Source: a virus. From it: 64,000 nucleotides of DNA. The stretch lies in IMG/VR virus record IMGVR_UViG_3300044833_000182, positions 32,109 through 96,108 of that record, one strand, 5' to 3'. Position numbers and translations under genes: made by a program. This document shows positions 62,892 through 64,000 of this stretch, in pieces (position 1 is the stretch's first letter; every line of letters starts with the position of its first letter). A model generated the notes under the pieces. It ran no database searches and had not been told where the DNA came from. It was given only the letters and a program-made list of their open reading frames with translations.

Positions 62892-64000
62892 CCCGGTCCA
62901 CTTCATCTCGCAGTGGTGCTACACCTGTGACCCGCGCGACCGCCGCGTGTGGCCGCTGGACCCCTTCCCCAAGCAGGAGGCGTTCGTTCGCTGGCTGCAA
63001 GAACGGGAGCGGACGCAGACGGACGGACTGGCCGACAAGAGCCGGGACATGGGGGTAACGTGGTTCTGCTCCGCCTACGCCTTGCAAGGCTGGCTCTTTC
63101 GCTCCGCGTTCTCGTGCGGGTTCGGCTCGCGCAAGCTGGAACTGGTCGATACGCTTGGGGACCTCGACAGCATCTTCGAGAAGGTCCGCTTCATGCTCTA
63201 TTCGCTGCCAGCGTGGATGCTGCCCGAAGGATTCCGCCGTGTCGCGCATGACAAGGAGGGCGTCCTTGTCAACCCGGCAAACGGTTCGAGTATCAAGGGC
63301 GAAGGAGGAAATAACATCGGCCGCGGCGGGCGGTCCTCGATTTACTTTGTGGACGAGGCGGCCTACATCGAGCGTCCCGAGTCGATCGAGCGCAGCCTTG
63401 CGGAGAACACCAACTGCCGGATCGACGTGAGCACGCCAAACGGCCCCGGCAATCCGTTCGCGACCAAGAGGTTTTCGGGGAAGGTCAGCGTCTTCACCCT
63501 TCATTGGAAGGACGATCCGCGGAAGGGCGAGGAATGGTACGCCGAGAAGAAGAGGACCAAAGACCCCGTCACCGTCGCTCAGGAAATCGATATCGACTAC
63601 TCGGCGTCCGTCGAGGGCATCTGCATCCCCGCCGTCTGGGTCCGCGCCGCCGTGGAATTGAAATTGCCGATGGGCGCCCCCATTGTCGCCGGCCTGGACA
63701 TCGCCGAGTTTGGCGCTGACCGCTGCGTCCTGATCCCCCGCGCCGGCCCCTTTGTCCTTCCCCCCGTCGATTGGGGACAGTGCAACACGACGGAGACGGC
63801 GCACCGGGCAAGGGAGATTGCGCAGAAACAGGAGGCAAAAACGGTGTGGTTCGACGTTGGGGGAGTCGGGGCTGGAATCCGGGGGACGTGGGACAGTAGC
63901 GAGCAGAGGCTCCCTTTCGACGCGGTCGCCGTGAATGCGGGAGAGTCGCCGACCTTGACACGCTGGCCGGACGGGAAAACCTCGAAGGAGCGGTTTGTAA
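62749..64000 (+). CDS. terL: Terminase large subunit (3' truncated by the window; alternative start 62872)
   Basis: Frame 1 open to the window end: DPVHF..DPR, KSRDMGVTW, YFVDEAA, STPNG, QEIDIDY, AGLDIA..G.D, FDVGGVGAG. Confidence 0.93.
   Translation, partial: MSSESPSRNSSDYLSKTASASFARRYSYRVGIETGELFRQEMSVCRDDPVHFISQWCYTCDPRDRRVWPLDPFPKQEAFVRWLQERERTQTDGLADKSRDMGVTWFCSAYALQGWLFRSAFSCGFGSRKLELVDTLGDLDSIFEKVRFMLYSLPAWMLPEGFRRVAHDKEGVLVNPANGSSIKGEGGNNIGRGGRSSIYFVDEAAYIERPESIERSLAENTNCRIDVSTPNGPGNPFATKRFSGKVSVFTLHWKDDPRKGEEWYAEKKRTKDPVTVAQEIDIDYSASVEGICIPAVWVRAAVELKLPMGAPIVAGLDIAEFGADRCVLIPRAGPFVLPPVDWGQCNTTETAHRAREIAQKQEAKTVWFDVGGVGAGIRGTWDSSEQRLPFDAVAVNAGESPTLTRWPDGKTSKERFV

Overview
The window is one continuous GC-rich temperate phage or prophage segment. 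It runs from the 3' end of a tyrosine integrase (left edge), through about 49 kb of early/middle genes and a late accessory block, to the terminase genes (right edge, TerL truncated). Several proteins resemble Gemmataceae-expanded families (TIGR02996-type 'LIYADWLEENG' domains, the '[24 protein letters not shown]' family, Planctomycete-type c cytochromes), so a Planctomycete host is inferred. Recognisable core genes are the integrase, Xis/AlpA-like HTHs, two DNA MTases, SSB, a primase-helicase followed by an iteron/inverted-repeat origin, VRR-NUC, three sigma-like proteins and TerS/TerL. Mobile inserts are two TnpA-less TnpB elements, a complete IS630 with TIRs and a TA duplication, a truncated DDE IS and two free-standing HNH endonucleases. 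The most unusual observations are: (1) two tRNA-shaped non-coding RNAs that cannot be ordinary tRNAs; (2) both HNH cassettes carry a recoded replacement end of the gene they interrupt; (3) three divergent RHH-repressor/sigma70-promoter switches; (4) an array of small genes joined by a conserved stop-CCTTCGCCCCGGAG-start linker; (5) a stand-alone copy of the helicase C-terminal wHTH across the origin; (6) a secreted c-type cytochrome pair and an intradiol dioxygenase in the late region. All family assignments come from motif recognition by eye; no database search was run.
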